Origin: an uncultured Candidatus Rokubacteria bacterium | GTDB taxonomy: Bacteria > Methylomirabilota > Methylomirabilia > Rokubacteriales > DASRDR01 | DNA length: 64,000 nucleotides | Reading direction: 5' to 3' | NCBI GenBank assembly: GCA_963826115.1 | Contig: CAWGVS010000008.1 | Span: 1 to 64,000, forward strand | Shown: one piece after another, positions 13,772-24,288 of the stretch | Layout: each line of letters begins with the position of its first letter | Position numbering within the stretch: position 1 is the stretch's first letter | Made by a program: the position numbers and the translations under genes | The notes under the pieces: model-generated | Seen by the model: the letters and a program-made list of their open reading frames with translations, nothing else | What the model was told of the DNA's origin: nothing | The model's database searches: none

Positions 13772-15148
13772 TCATCCCACGAGGAGCCCGAGCGCCTCGT
13801 CCAGCGCGCCCACCCCGGTCACCGTCAGCGGGTACCGCGCCCCGGCCACCAGACTCGACCGGGGAACCACCGCCTGGGTGAATCCCAGGGCGGCCGCCTC
13901 CCGGAGCCGGGTCTCGAGGCCGCCGACGGCGCGCACCTCGCCGGTGAGCCCCACTTCGCCCAGCACGACCACGTCCGGGGCCAGGGGACGCTCCCCGTAG
14001 CTCGAGGCCGCGGCCACGGCAATCGCGAGATCGGCCGCCGGCTCCTGGCAGCGCGCGCCGCCGGCCACGTTCACGAACACGTCCTGGCTCTGCAGCGGGA
14101 TGCCCGCGCGCTTCTCCAGGATCGCCAGCAGGAGGCACACCCGATTGTAATCCGCCCCGAGCACGGTGCGGCGTGGCGTCCCGAAGTGCGCCGGCGCGAC
14201 GAGCGCCTGGAGCTCGAGCAGGAGCGGCCGCGTGCCCTCGAGGGCCGGCATGATCACGGAGCCGGCCGCCCCGCGCGGGCGCTCGGCCAGGAACATTGCC
14301 GACGGGTTCTGGACCTCCTTCAGGCCGCCGTCCGTCATCTCGAAGACGCCGATCTCGTTGGTCGAGCCGAAGCGGTTCTTGACGGCGCGCAGAACGCGGT
14401 ACGTCGCGTGGCGCTCGCCCTCGAAGTAGAGCACGGTGTCGACCAGATGCTCGAGGACGCGGGGCCCCGCGAGAGCCCCCTCCTTGGTGACGTGCCCGAC
14501 GAGGAAGACCGCAACGCCCTGGGTCTTCGCGAGCACCATCAGCCGCCCGCCGCACTCACGGACCTGGCTCACGCTGCCCGGCGCCGACTCCACGTCGCCG
14601 AGGTAGACGGTCTGGATGGAGTCGACGATCAGGGCCCGCGGCCGGGCCGCCGCCACCTGCGCCTCGATCGCCTCGAGCTGGGTCTCGGCCAGGACGAAGA
14701 GGTCGGGCGCGACGAGCCCCAGCCGGTCGGCGCGGAGCTTGACCTGCGCGGCCGATTCCTCGCCCGAGACGTAGAGGACGGGCCCCGCGGTCGCCGCGAG
14801 GGTGGCCGACGCCTGGAGGAGGAGCGTCGACTTCCCGATACCCGGATCGCCGCCGATCAGGACGAGCGAGCCCGGCACGATCCCGCCTCCGAGCACCCGG
14901 TCGAGCTCGGCGATGCCCGAGTGCACGCGCGCCGCTCCCTCGGAGGACACGGCCACCAGGGGCACCGGCGCGGGCGCGGGCGCTGACCCCCGGCTCCCGG
15001 ACGCGCGCCGGCCGCCGCCCGGCCCGCGGGGCGCGCCGGTCCGCTCCTCGAGGATCGTGTTGAACTCGCCGCAGTCGGGACAGCGCCCGTACCACTTGCC
15101 GGCCTGGAACCCGCAGGCCTGGCACCGGTAGACCGCCAGCGACCTCAC
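13772..15148 (-). CDS. radA: DNA repair protein RadA/Sms
   Basis: C4 zinc finger, GDPGIGKST, KNRFG. Confidence 0.98.
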   Translation of the reverse strand: MRSLAVYRCQACGFQAGKWYGRCPDCGEFNTILEERTGAPRGPGGGRRASGSRGSAPAPAPVPLVAVSSEGAARVHSGIAELDRVLGGGIVPGSLVLIGGDPGIGKSTLLLQASATLAATAGPVLYVSGEESAAQVKLRADRLGLVAPDLFVLAETQLEAIEAQVAAARPRALIVDSIQTVYLGDVESAPGSVSQVRECGGRLMVLAKTQGVAVFLVGHVTKEGALAGPRVLEHLVDTVLYFEGERHATYRVLRAVKNRFGSTNEIGVFEMTDGGLKEVQNPSAMFLAERPRGAAGSVIMPALEGTRPLLLELQALVAPAHFGTPRRTVLGADYNRVCLLLAILEKRAGIPLQSQDVFVNVAGGARCQEPAADLAIAVAAASSYGERPLAPDVVVLGEVGLTGEVRAVGGLETRLREAAALGFTQAVVPRSSLVAGARYPLTVTGVGALDEALGLLVG

Positions 15149-16629
15149 GGCTTCGGCGCCCCGCCGCCCGCGGCGGGCGTCCCGCGGCCAATGGCCGAGC
15201 GGATGAGGGCGCGGAGCAGAACGCTCCGCTGGGCGCCCTCGAGGAACGCGGCGAGGTTCTCGTACACCGTCGGGTCCTGGACCAGCCCCCCCAGCGTGCC
15301 CTCGCCGCTCTCGATGCGCCCCGTGATGGCCCGGAGATCGGCCATCGCCTGGCGGAGGTCGGCCAGGGTCTCCCCGAGCTTGGCGTCCTCACCGAGCCCG
15401 TCGACCAGGCGGCCGAGGCGCGCGAGCGCGTCGGTGGCCTGCTTGACGCTCGCCTCGCCGCCGGGCTGGGTGAGCGCCCCCAGGACGCCCTCGCCCCGCG
15501 CCAGCCGGCCCGTGACCTCGCGGAAGCTCCGGGCGGTCTCGCGCAGATCCGCGGCGAGCGCGGGGTCGCCGAGGAGGGCCCGCAGGACGCTGTCCTCGGT
15601 CCGGGCCCGGTCCACCGCCTGCGCGAGGCCATCGGCCGCCGTCACGACGTGACGGACCGCGCGGGCCGTTTCCGGATCCTTGAGGAGCAGGCCGAGGGCG
15701 CCCTCGCCGCGCTCGACGCCGCCGAGCACGGTCCCGGCGCGCCCGAGGAGGCTCTCCAGGTCCTTCAACACGCGCCCCTCGTCGTAGATGAGGGCGTGGA
15801 GCGTGCCGCGCCCCTCCTCGACCTCGCGGAGGATGCGGTTGACGCGCTCGGCGGCCGCGCGCGCCTCCGCGAGCGTCCGCTCCGCCTCACCGGCCAGGCC
15901 GGCCGTCTTGGGGTCCGCCAGGATGCGGTCGATCCGCCGCACGGTCTCGCCGACCTGGCGCAAGGTCTCGCCGGCGTCGGCGAGGGCCGTCCCGAGCTTC
16001 GGGTCGTAGACGAGCCGGTGGAGCACCCCCTGGCCTCGCTCGATCTCCGTCGCGACACTGCGGAGCGCCCGGGCCGTCTCGGCGAGATCGGCGCCCGCCG
16101 GGCTCGCGGCGATCCGCGCCAGCGTCGTCCGGAGGTCCGCCGACAGCGCGGTGAGGTTCTGCAGGAGCTCCGCGCCCTGGTGCGTGAGCCGCCCGGTGTC
16201 GAACGGCTCCTCCGCCCGGAGCTCCGCCCCGTCCGGCAGCATGGCCGCGCCGGGCCCGCCGAGGGAGACGTCGATGATCTTGTCGCCGAGGAGGCCGAGC
16301 GTCTCGATGCGGGCCACCGAATCCGCCCGGATGCGGTCCTGAACCCGGCGGGCGATCAGGAGGTCGACCTGCACCTTGCTCGCGCCGGACTCGGGCAGCC
16401 GGATCTGGCCGACGCGGCCGACCGGGACCCCCGCCAGCCGCACCGTCGCGCCCTGGATGAGGCCGCCAATCTGGCCGAAGCTCGCGACCAGCCGGTACTG
16501 GCGCTCGAACAGACCCGCCGAGCGGCCCAGCATGTAGACCAGGCCCGCGAACACGAGGAGGCTCACCAGGACGAAGGCGCCCACCCGGAGCTGGAGCGCG
16601 GTGCCGGCGCCGGGGCGGCTCGCGTCCAT
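15145..16629 (-). CDS. MlaD/MCE family protein with long helical repeat region
   Basis: N-terminal TM, GL..GATVRLAGVPVGRV, GLLGDKIIDV. Confidence 0.9.
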   Translation of the reverse strand: MDASRPGAGTALQLRVGAFVLVSLLVFAGLVYMLGRSAGLFERQYRLVASFGQIGGLIQGATVRLAGVPVGRVGQIRLPESGASKVQVDLLIARRVQDRIRADSVARIETLGLLGDKIIDVSLGGPGAAMLPDGAELRAEEPFDTGRLTHQGAELLQNLTALSADLRTTLARIAASPAGADLAETARALRSVATEIERGQGVLHRLVYDPKLGTALADAGETLRQVGETVRRIDRILADPKTAGLAGEAERTLAEARAAAERVNRILREVEEGRGTLHALIYDEGRVLKDLESLLGRAGTVLGGVERGEGALGLLLKDPETARAVRHVVTAADGLAQAVDRARTEDSVLRALLGDPALAADLRETARSFREVTGRLARGEGVLGALTQPGGEASVKQATDALARLGRLVDGLGEDAKLGETLADLRQAMADLRAITGRIESGEGTLGGLVQDPTVYENLAAFLEGAQRSVLLRALIRSAIGRGTPAAGGGAPKP

Positions 16630-16631
16630 CG

Positions 16632-17465
16632 TCAGCGCGCCTTGCCCGCCATGAACGCCTGGATCTCCGGCTGGGTCGAGTGCACGATCGCCTCGACCGG
16701 GCCGACCTGGGCGATACGGCCCTCGATCAGGACCGCGATCAGGTCGGAGACGCTCCGCGCGAACTCGAGGTCGTGGGTCACGATCAGCGCAGTCTCGGAG
16801 GCGCCCTCGGCCTTCAGGCTCCCGACGAGCTCCGTGATGAGCCGAGCGTTCGTGGGGTCGAGGCCCGCGGTCGGCTCGTCGTAGAGGACCAGCTCCGGGG
16901 CCAGGACGAGCGCGCGCGCAATGCCGACGCGCTTGCGCATCCCGCCCGACAGCTCCGCCGGGAGCTTCCCGTCGACATCGGCGCCGAGGCCCACCCGCGC
17001 CAGGAGACGGTGGACCCGCTCGGCCACCTCGTCCTCCGACAGGGTCGCGTGCTCGCGGAGCGGGTACGCGACGTTCTCGTACACGGTCAGCGAATCGAAG
17101 AGCGCCGCGCCCTGGAAGACGAAGCCCATCCGCCGGCGGATCGGCAAGAGCGCCTCCTCGCGCAGCGGCGTGATGTCCACGTCCAGGGCGCGGATCCGCC
17201 CACGATCGGGCTTGATCAGGCCCGCGGTCAGGCGGAGGAGCACGGTCTTCCCCGAGCCGCTCCCGCCCATCACGGTGACGGTGTTGCGCCGCGGCACCTC
17301 GAAGTCGAGGCCCCGGAGCACCGGCTCGCTGGTGAAGGCCTTCCAAATGCCCTCGAGGGACACGGCGGGGCCCGGCGGCGCGGCCGCGGCCGCGGGGCGC
17401 GCGGGGCCGCCGGCGGCCCCGGCCTCCGGCGACCCCAGGCGCTCCACGGCCTCGCCCGTCCTCAT
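16632..17465 (-). CDS. mlaF: MlaF-type ABC transporter ATPase
   Basis: GGSGSGKT, FQGAALFDSL, LSGGMRKRV, YDEPTAGLDP. Confidence 0.9.
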   Translation of the reverse strand: MRTGEAVERLGSPEAGAAGGPARPAAAAAPPGPAVSLEGIWKAFTSEPVLRGLDFEVPRRNTVTVMGGSGSGKTVLLRLTAGLIKPDRGRIRALDVDITPLREEALLPIRRRMGFVFQGAALFDSLTVYENVAYPLREHATLSEDEVAERVHRLLARVGLGADVDGKLPAELSGGMRKRVGIARALVLAPELVLYDEPTAGLDPTNARLITELVGSLKAEGASETALIVTHDLEFARSVSDLIAVLIEGRIAQVGPVEAIVHSTQPEIQAFMAGKAR

Positions 17466-18238
17466 AGCAGGAGGAAGATCTTGGTGAGGAAGAAGTCGGC
17501 GATGATGATCGCGACCGAGACCTGCACGACGGTCGCCGTCGTCGCGCGGCCGAGCCCCTCCGTCCCCCCGGTCATGGCGAGCCCGTTGTGGGCGCCGATC
17601 AGGGTGACGATGACGCCGAAGAAGAAGGCCTTGCCGACGCCCGTCACGAGATCGCGGATGACGACCCAGTAGAAGATCGTGTTCCAGTAGAGGTACACGT
17701 CGATCCGCCGCTCGAAGACCGCGATCAGCATGCCGCCGAAGAGCGCGATGAAGTCCGCCAGCGCCGTGAGGAGTGGAAAGACGAGGAGGGCGGCCCAGAC
17801 GCGGGGCACGATCAGGCGCTTCACGTAGTTCACGCCGATCACCCGGAGCGCGTCGATCTGCTCTGTCACCTTCATCGAGCCGAGCTCGGCGGTGATCCCC
17901 GAGGCGACCTTGCCGCCGACCAGGATCGCGGTGAGCACCGGGCCCAGCTCTCGCAGAACCGACAGACCGACCAGCGGCCCCACGTAGAGGTCGGCCCCGA
18001 AGCGCGAGAGGTACACGGCCGACTGGAGCGCGAAGACCATGCCGGTGAAGAGCGCCGCCGTGCCCGCCACGACGAGCGAGCGCACGCCCATGCCGTCGAA
18101 CTCGGCGACGACGAGGCCGAGATACCGGCGCGGGAGCCACGCGTTCCGGGCGACGTCCCAGCTGAGGAGGGCGAGCCCGCCCCAGTACGCAGCGACGTTC
18201 CGCGCGCGCGGCCCGAGGAGCTGCTCCACCGCCGTCAC
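17462..18238 (-). CDS. mlaE: MlaE-type ABC transporter permease
   Basis: RELGPVLTA, AELGSMKVTEQIDAL. Confidence 0.92.
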   Translation of the reverse strand: MTAVEQLLGPRARNVAAYWGGLALLSWDVARNAWLPRRYLGLVVAEFDGMGVRSLVVAGTAALFTGMVFALQSAVYLSRFGADLYVGPLVGLSVLRELGPVLTAILVGGKVASGITAELGSMKVTEQIDALRVIGVNYVKRLIVPRVWAALLVFPLLTALADFIALFGGMLIAVFERRIDVYLYWNTIFYWVVIRDLVTGVGKAFFFGVIVTLIGAHNGLAMTGGTEGLGRATTATVVQVSVAIIIADFFLTKIFLLL

Positions 18239-18720
18239 CGGGGCGGCCTCAGGAGGGCGAAGCCCCCCGTGAACCGCTCGAAGTCGGGCAGGAGCGCCGC
18301 CAGCTCCTCGGGCGAGGCGACGCCAACCAGGTCGTACACGCAGCCGGACCCCCGCAGGGTCAGCGCCCGCACGGCCACCGGGACGCCATCGAGCGTGGCC
18401 CGGAACTCCTGCGCCGTGCCGGTGAGCCCGTCGCGCGCGGCCGGGGTCTCGACGAGCTGCTGGACGTTGCGGAGGCCGAAGCGGAGGTGCCGGGCGAGAA
18501 CCGGGAGGGGCCGGGACGGCGGCTTACCCTCGCAGGTGGCGTGGGCCATCAGTCCCGCCGCGGGCGCGGTGCGCCGGAGCGCCACGTCCGCGTCGCTCTC
18601 GATCCGCGTCCAGCCGTCGAGGGCCCCAACGCGGTACCCTTTCTGCGTGACGACGTAACTCCCCTCCTCGAGGCGCACGCCCCCGCACCCCGCCAGCCCG
18701 GCCACGAGGGCGGCCACCAC
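18235..18720 (-). CDS. Hypothetical lipoprotein (start may be ATC 18759)
   Basis: Lipobox LAGC; stop overlaps mlaE start. Confidence 0.7.
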   Translation of the reverse strand: MVAALVAGLAGCGGVRLEEGSYVVTQKGYRVGALDGWTRIESDADVALRRTAPAAGLMAHATCEGKPPSRPLPVLARHLRFGLRNVQQLVETPAARDGLTGTAQEFRATLDGVPVAVRALTLRGSGCVYDLVGVASPEELAALLPDFERFTGGFALLRPPR

Positions 18721-18762
18721 CGAGACGTCCCGGAGCCAGCCGCCCCGGTACGCTCGGATCGC

Positions 18763-19458
18763 TCAGTCCTCCGGGCTCGGGGCGACCGTGTCGGCGCGGG
18801 ACGGCAGCGCGTCGGCTGGCCGGTGGCGGCGGCCGAGCTCCGCGAGCACGTGGCGCGCCGAGAGCCCCCGGGCGCCCAGCAGTACCAGAGTGTGGAACCA
18901 GAGATCCGCGACCTCGGCGACGACGCGGTCGGAGCCCTCGGCGAGGGCCGCGACGATGACCTCGGCCGCCTCTTCGCCGACCTTCCGCGCGATCCGGGTG
19001 TCCCCGGCGGCCAGGAGCCCCGAGACGTAGGAGCCCTCGCGAGGCGTCGTCCGCCTCGACTGGATGACGCGATCGACGACGTCGAGGATTCCGGGCCCCG
19101 CGGGCGGCGCCCCGGACGCTTCCGGCGCGGCCGCGGCCGGCGCGTCCACGCGGGCCGTGAAGCACGTGCGGCTCCCCGTGTGGCAGGCGACGCCCTCCTG
19201 GTGCGCCAGGACCAGGAGCGTGTCCCCGTCGCAATCGGCATAGACGGCCTCGACGTGCTGCCGGTGGCCCGAGGTCTCCCCCTTCTGCCAGAGCGCCCCG
19301 CGCGACCGGGACCAGAAGTGGGTGAGTCGGGTGGCCAGGGTCCGCTCGAGGGCGTCCCGGTTCATCCACGCGACCATGAGGACCTCACCGGTCCCCGCCT
19401 CCTGGACCACCGCCGGGATGAGGCCATTCGGATCGAAGCGGAGGGCCGCCGCGCTCAC
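18763..19458 (-). CDS. hisIE: Bifunctional phosphoribosyl-AMP cyclohydrolase / phosphoribosyl-ATP pyrophosphatase
   Basis: [43 protein letters not shown]. Confidence 0.96.
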   Translation of the reverse strand: MSAAALRFDPNGLIPAVVQEAGTGEVLMVAWMNRDALERTLATRLTHFWSRSRGALWQKGETSGHRQHVEAVYADCDGDTLLVLAHQEGVACHTGSRTCFTARVDAPAAAAPEASGAPPAGPGILDVVDRVIQSRRTTPREGSYVSGLLAAGDTRIARKVGEEAAEVIVAALAEGSDRVVAEVADLWFHTLVLLGARGLSARHVLAELGRRHRPADALPSRADTVAPSPED

Positions 19459-20243
19459 GCCGCGACCTCCTCGAGGCGGACCACGACGCCGCGCGTCCGG
19501 AGGTAGCGCTTCGCCTCCGGCACGGTGTGCTCACCGAAGTGGAAGATCGAGGCGGCGAGGACGGCGTCGGCCTTTCCTTCGACCAGGCCGTCGTGGAGGT
19601 GCGCGAGCGTCCCGACCCCGCCGGAGGCGATCACGGGGACCGACACGGCCTCGGCGATGGCCCGCGTGAGCTCGAGATCGTAGCCGTCGCGCGTGCCGTC
19701 GCGGTCCATGCTGGTCAGCAGGATCTCGCCCGCCCCCAGGCGCTCGACCTCCCGGGCCCACCCGACGGCGTCCCGGTCGGTGGGGCGCCGCCCGCCGTGC
19801 GTGTACACCTCGAACGCGGGGCCGTCGCCCGCCGGCGCCGCGCGGCGCTTGGCGTCGATCGCGACCACGATGCACTGGCTCCCGAAGCGCACCGCGGCCT
19901 CGCGGATGAGCTCCGGCCGCGCCACCGCCGCCGTGTTGAGCGACACCTTGTCGGCGCCCGCCCGCAGCAGCGTCCGGACATCCTCCAGGCTCCCGAGCCC
20001 GCCCCCGACCGTCAGTGGCAGGTAGACCGCCTCCGCCGTACGCCGGACGACGTCGAGCATCGTCGCGCGCCCCTCGTGGGACGCGGTGATGTCCAGGAAC
20101 ACGAGCTCGTCCGCGCCCTGGCGGTCGTACCCGATCGCGGCCTCGACGGGGTCGCCGGCGTCGGCGAGGTTCAGGAACCGCACGCCCTTCACGACGCGCC
20201 CGTCCTTGACGTCGAGGCACGGGATCACGCGCCGGGCCAGCAT
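19455..20243 (-). CDS. hisF: Imidazole glycerol phosphate synthase cyclase subunit
   Basis: [33 protein letters not shown]. Confidence 0.97.
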   Translation of the reverse strand: MLARRVIPCLDVKDGRVVKGVRFLNLADAGDPVEAAIGYDRQGADELVFLDITASHEGRATMLDVVRRTAEAVYLPLTVGGGLGSLEDVRTLLRAGADKVSLNTAAVARPELIREAAVRFGSQCIVVAIDAKRRAAPAGDGPAFEVYTHGGRRPTDRDAVGWAREVERLGAGEILLTSMDRDGTRDGYDLELTRAIAEAVSVPVIASGGVGTLAHLHDGLVEGKADAVLAASIFHFGEHTVPEAKRYLRTRGVVVRLEEVAA

Positions 20244-20245
20244 CG

Positions 20246-20968
20246 TCAGGCCGCCACCGCGGCCATCGCCGCGCCGAGATCCACGGCGCCCGTGTAGAGG
20301 GCCCGCCCCACGATCGCCCCCGCGACGTTCGGGATCGCGGCGAGCCGCACCAGGTCGTCGACTCCCGCGATGCCGCCGGAGGCGATGATGGGCACCGCGG
20401 CGCCCGCCGCGAGGGCCGCAGTGGCCTCGAGGTTCGGTCCGCGGCCGGTCCCGTCGCGGCGAACGTCCGTGTAGATCACGCCGGCGGCCCCGGCGGCCGT
20501 CGCGCGGTCGACGAGCTCGCGCGCCCCGAGCGGCAGCACGTCGGTCCACCCGCGCACCGCCACCCGGCCGTCGACCGCGTCCACGCCCACCAGGATGCGG
20601 CCCGGCCAGCGCCGGCACGCCGCGTCGAGCACGGCCGGCTCGAGCGCGGCCGCGGTGCCGAGGACGGCCCAGCGCGCCCCGGTCTCGAGCGCGGCCTCGA
20701 GCGTCGCGAGGTCGCGGAGGCCGCCGCCCACCTCGACGGGAACGGCAGGGATGGCCGCCACCATCGCCCGGATCACGGCGGCGTGCCGGGGTGCCCCGTC
20801 GAACGCGCCGTCGAGATCGACGACATGGAGGCGCGCCGCGCCGCTCGCCGCCCACCGGCGGGCCATCGCGACCGGGTCGTCGCCGAAGACCGTGGCGCTG
20901 TCCGCCCGCCCCTCGACCAGCCGGACGCAGCGGCCGCCCTGGAGGTCGATGGCCGGGATGACGATCAC
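20246..20968 (-). CDS. hisA: ProFAR isomerase
   Basis: [27 protein letters not shown]. Confidence 0.96.
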   Translation of the reverse strand: MIVIPAIDLQGGRCVRLVEGRADSATVFGDDPVAMARRWAASGAARLHVVDLDGAFDGAPRHAAVIRAMVAAIPAVPVEVGGGLRDLATLEAALETGARWAVLGTAAALEPAVLDAACRRWPGRILVGVDAVDGRVAVRGWTDVLPLGARELVDRATAAGAAGVIYTDVRRDGTGRGPNLEATAALAAGAAVPIIASGGIAGVDDLVRLAAIPNVAGAIVGRALYTGAVDLGAAMAAVAA

Positions 20969-21594
20969 GCGCCCGCCCCCGCCACGAGGCGCGCGAAGTT
21001 CCCGAGGAGGCGGAGCCCCCACCCCTGGCTCTTCTCGGGGTGGAACTGGGTGCCGTAGAGCGGCCCGCGCGCCACCAGCGCCGGGAACCGGACGCCGTAC
21101 TCGCAGTGGGCCGCGCGCACGCCCTCGGCCTCCAGCGCGGCCGAGACCTCGGGGTAGTAGGAGTGCACGAAATAGAAGTGGGCCCCCGAAGGGATCCCCC
21201 GGAGGAGCGGGAGCGTCCCGTCGTGCCAGAGCCGGTTCCAGCCCATGTGGGGCACCTTCAGGCCCGGCGCGAAGCGCCGCACCGCCCCCGGCAGGATGTC
21301 GAGGCCCTTCGAGTGGCCGAACTCCTCGCTCTCGGTGAACAGGAGCTGGTAGCCAAGGCAGATCCCGAGGTACGGCCGCCCGGCGGTGATGTGGGCGCGG
21401 ATCGGCTCGGTGAGCCCCAGGCGCTCGAGGCTGCCCATGGCGTCGGCGAAGGCGCCGTCGCCCGGCACCACGAGCGCCCGAGCGCGCGCCACGGTCCGCG
21501 CGTCGTCGGTGACGACAACCTCGGGCGCGAGCTCGGCCAGGGCCTTCCGGACGCTCCCGAGGTTGCCCCGGCCGTAGTCGACAATCGCGATCAC
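20965..21594 (-). CDS. hisH: Imidazole glycerol phosphate synthase glutaminase subunit
   Basis: [31 protein letters not shown]. Confidence 0.96.
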   Translation of the reverse strand: MIAIVDYGRGNLGSVRKALAELAPEVVVTDDARTVARARALVVPGDGAFADAMGSLERLGLTEPIRAHITAGRPYLGICLGYQLLFTESEEFGHSKGLDILPGAVRRFAPGLKVPHMGWNRLWHDGTLPLLRGIPSGAHFYFVHSYYPEVSAALEAEGVRAAHCEYGVRFPALVARGPLYGTQFHPEKSQGWGLRLLGNFARLVAGAGA

Positions 21595-22301
21595 AGGGCG
21601 CCTTTGGTGGAGAGCACGCCCTCGATACGCGGGTTCATCCGCGAGGCCTCGGCGAGGGCGCGCCCGAACGCCTTGAAGAGCGCCTCGGCGATGTGGTGGA
21701 GGTTCTCGCCGTAGTGGAGGTTCACGTGGAGGTTCAGCATCGCGTTCATCGCGAACGCGCGGAAGAAGTCCTTCAGGAGGTCGAGGTCGAAGTTGCCCAC
21801 GCGCGTCTTGGCAAACGGCACGTTGTAGGAAAAGTAGGGTCGGCCCGAGATGTCCACGTGGACGGAGGCCAGGGCCTCGTCCATCGGAACGTACGCCGTG
21901 CCGAACCGGACGATCCCGCGCTTGTCCCCGAGAGCCTCGTGGAAGGCCTTGCCGAGGCAGATCCCGACGTCCTCGACCGTGTGGTGGAGGTCGACTTCGA
22001 TGTCGCCCTTGGCGCTCACCCGAAGGTCCAGGAGGCCGTGCTTCCCCGCCGCCTCCAGCATGTGGTTGAAGAACGGGATCGTGGTGTCGATGGCCAGCTC
22101 CCCGCGGCCGTCGACGTTCAGCTGAAGCGTGATCTCCGTCTCCCGCGTGCGCCGCTCGATGCGCGCCACGCGGCCGGCCGCGGGACTGCCCCCGTTGCCG
22201 GACGCGACGGGGTCCGCCGCCCCCGCGATCCCGATCGTCGCGATCGGCTGGCCACCCCCACTCGGTCTCGGGCCTCGTCCACGTCGTCGTCGTCGTGCCA
22301 T
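21591..22301 (-). CDS. hisB: Imidazoleglycerol-phosphate dehydratase
   Basis: RRTRETEI, HHTVED, NLHHIAEALFK; start uncertain. Confidence 0.94.
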   Translation of the reverse strand: MARRRRRGRGPRPSGGGQPIATIGIAGAADPVASGNGGSPAAGRVARIERRTRETEITLQLNVDGRGELAIDTTIPFFNHMLEAAGKHGLLDLRVSAKGDIEVDLHHTVEDVGICLGKAFHEALGDKRGIVRFGTAYVPMDEALASVHVDISGRPYFSYNVPFAKTRVGNFDLDLLKDFFRAFAMNAMLNLHVNLHYGENLHHIAEALFKAFGRALAEASRMNPRIEGVLSTKGAL

Positions 22302-22303
22302 GC

Positions 22304-23617
22304 CTAGTGGTCTCCTCGCGTCCGGGAATCGTCGGCCAGGCGGATCCGCGCGGCCGCGGCGTGCCCCTCGAGCCCCTCGGCCGCCGCCAGCGCGGCGAGG
22401 TGCGGCCACGCCGCGCGGAGCCCGGCCGGGGTGTAGTGGATGAGACTCGAGCGCTTGATGAAATCCTCCACCGACAGGCCCGACGCGAAGCGCGCCGTGG
22501 CCCCGGTGGGCAGGACGTGGTTCGGCCCCGCCAGGTAGTCGCCGACCACCTCGGGCGTGTGGACCCCGAGGAAGATCGCGCCGGCGTGCCGGACCGCGGG
22601 CAGCCAGGCGAACGGATCGGCGACCGCCAGCTCGAGATGCTCCGGCGCCAGCCGGTTTGCGATCCCGAGCGCCTCGTCAAGACCGCGCGTCACCACCACG
22701 GCGCCGTGCTGCCGGATCGCCGCCTCGGCGATGGCCGCCCGGGGGAGGGCCGCGCACTGTCGCGCGACCGCCGCGGCGACGGCCGCGGCGAGCACCGCAT
22801 CGTCGGTCAGGCACACGGCGCGGGCCATCGGGTCGTGCTCGGCCTGGGCGAGGAGGTCGGCCGCGACGTGCGCCGCCACCGCGGTCCGGTCTGCGACGAC
22901 CACGACCTCGCTCGGGCCGGCGATCAGGTCGATGCCGACATCGCCGAAGACGAGGCGCTTCGCGAGCGCAACGTAGAGGTTCCCGGGCCCGACGATCTTG
23001 TCGACGGCGGGCACGGCGGCGGTCCCGTACGCGAGCGCGGCGACCGCCTGGGCGCCGCCCATCCGGTACACGGCGGTCGCCCCCGCCAGGCGCGCCGCCC
23101 GGAGGACCGCGGTCGGGACGCGGCCCGCCCCGTCGGGAGGCGACGCGACGACGAGCTCCGGCACGCCCGCCACACGCGCGGGAATCACGTTCATGAGCAC
23201 CGTCGACGGGTAGGCGGCCGTCCCGCCGGGCACGTAGCAGCCAACCCGGTCGAGCGGCGTCACCTGCTGGCCGAGGAGCGACCCGTGCTCGTCGCGCACC
23301 CACCACGAGCGCGGGAGCTGGTGCCGGTGGAAGGTCTCGATCCGGCGAGCGGCCTCGACGAGGCCGGCCTCGAGGGCGGGCGCCACGGTCGCGGCGGCCC
23401 ACTCGGCCTCGGATACCCGGAGGTCCTCGGCCCGGAGCTCCACGCCGTCGAACCGCTTGGTGAAGTCGAGCAGCGCCGCGTCTCCCCGCCGCCGGACCTC
23501 CTCCACGATCGCGGCGACTCGGGCCACGGCGTCGGGCTCGATGGCCGCGTGCGGCCGGGCGAGGGCCGCCACCACTCCGTCGGGCGTGAGGTCCGCCGTC
23601 CGCAGGAGGCGGATCAC
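22304..23617 (-). CDS. hisD: Histidinol dehydrogenase
   Basis: YVPGG.AAYPS, GPGNLYV, AGPSE, QAEHD, APEHL. Confidence 0.96.
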   Translation of the reverse strand: MIRLLRTADLTPDGVVAALARPHAAIEPDAVARVAAIVEEVRRRGDAALLDFTKRFDGVELRAEDLRVSEAEWAAATVAPALEAGLVEAARRIETFHRHQLPRSWWVRDEHGSLLGQQVTPLDRVGCYVPGGTAAYPSTVLMNVIPARVAGVPELVVASPPDGAGRVPTAVLRAARLAGATAVYRMGGAQAVAALAYGTAAVPAVDKIVGPGNLYVALAKRLVFGDVGIDLIAGPSEVVVVADRTAVAAHVAADLLAQAEHDPMARAVCLTDDAVLAAAVAAAVARQCAALPRAAIAEAAIRQHGAVVVTRGLDEALGIANRLAPEHLELAVADPFAWLPAVRHAGAIFLGVHTPEVVGDYLAGPNHVLPTGATARFASGLSVEDFIKRSSLIHYTPAGLRAAWPHLAALAAAEGLEGHAAAARIRLADDSRTRGDH

Positions 23618-24285
23618 CGCGCGACCCCCGCGCGGAGCTCGTCCAGGAGCCGGCCGACCGCGCGGTGCGCGGTCTTCTGCGCGGCGCGGTTCACGATCAG
23701 CCGGGCCGTGGACTGCAGGATCTCGGCGACCTCCACCAGGCCGTTCGCGCGTAGCGTCTCGCCCGACTGGACGAGGTCGACGATGCGCTCGGCCAGGCCC
23801 ACGAGCGGCGCCAGCTCGATCGAGCCATCGAGCCGCACCACCTCGACCTGGATGCCCCGCTCGCCGAAGTACCGCCGGGTGAGGTTCGGGTACTTGGTGG
23901 CGACGCGAACCCACGACCACTTCGCTGGATCGTCGCGCTCCCACAGCTCCCGCGGCTCGGCGACGACGAGCCGGCAGAACCCGAATCCAAGGTCCAGCGG
24001 CTCGTAGACGTCCGGCTCCTGCTCGAGGAGCACGTCCTTGCCGACGATCCCGACGTCGGCCGCGCCGTGCTCGACGTACGTCGGCACGTCCAGGGGCTTC
24101 AGGACGAGGAGCCGGAGCCGGCCCGTCGGGTCCGCGAAGAGGAGTCGCCGGCTCTCGTCGTCGGGCAGGCCCTCGAAGCCCGCCCGCCGGAGCAGGTCCA
24201 GCGCGGGCCGGAGCAGCCGGCCCTTGGGCAGGGCGAGGGTCAGGGGACGTCCGTTACCGGAGGAGGAGGCCGACGGCCACGTCAC
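23614..24285 (-). CDS. hisG: ATP phosphoribosyltransferase, short form (HisZ-dependent)
   Basis: ALPKGRL, RVATKYP, GSIELAP; 223 aa with no C-terminal regulatory domain. Confidence 0.95.
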   Translation of the reverse strand: MTWPSASSSGNGRPLTLALPKGRLLRPALDLLRRAGFEGLPDDESRRLLFADPTGRLRLLVLKPLDVPTYVEHGAADVGIVGKDVLLEQEPDVYEPLDLGFGFCRLVVAEPRELWERDDPAKWSWVRVATKYPNLTRRYFGERGIQVEVVRLDGSIELAPLVGLAERIVDLVQSGETLRANGLVEVAEILQSTARLIVNRAAQKTAHRAVGRLLDELRAGVAR

Positions 24286-24288
24286 GGC

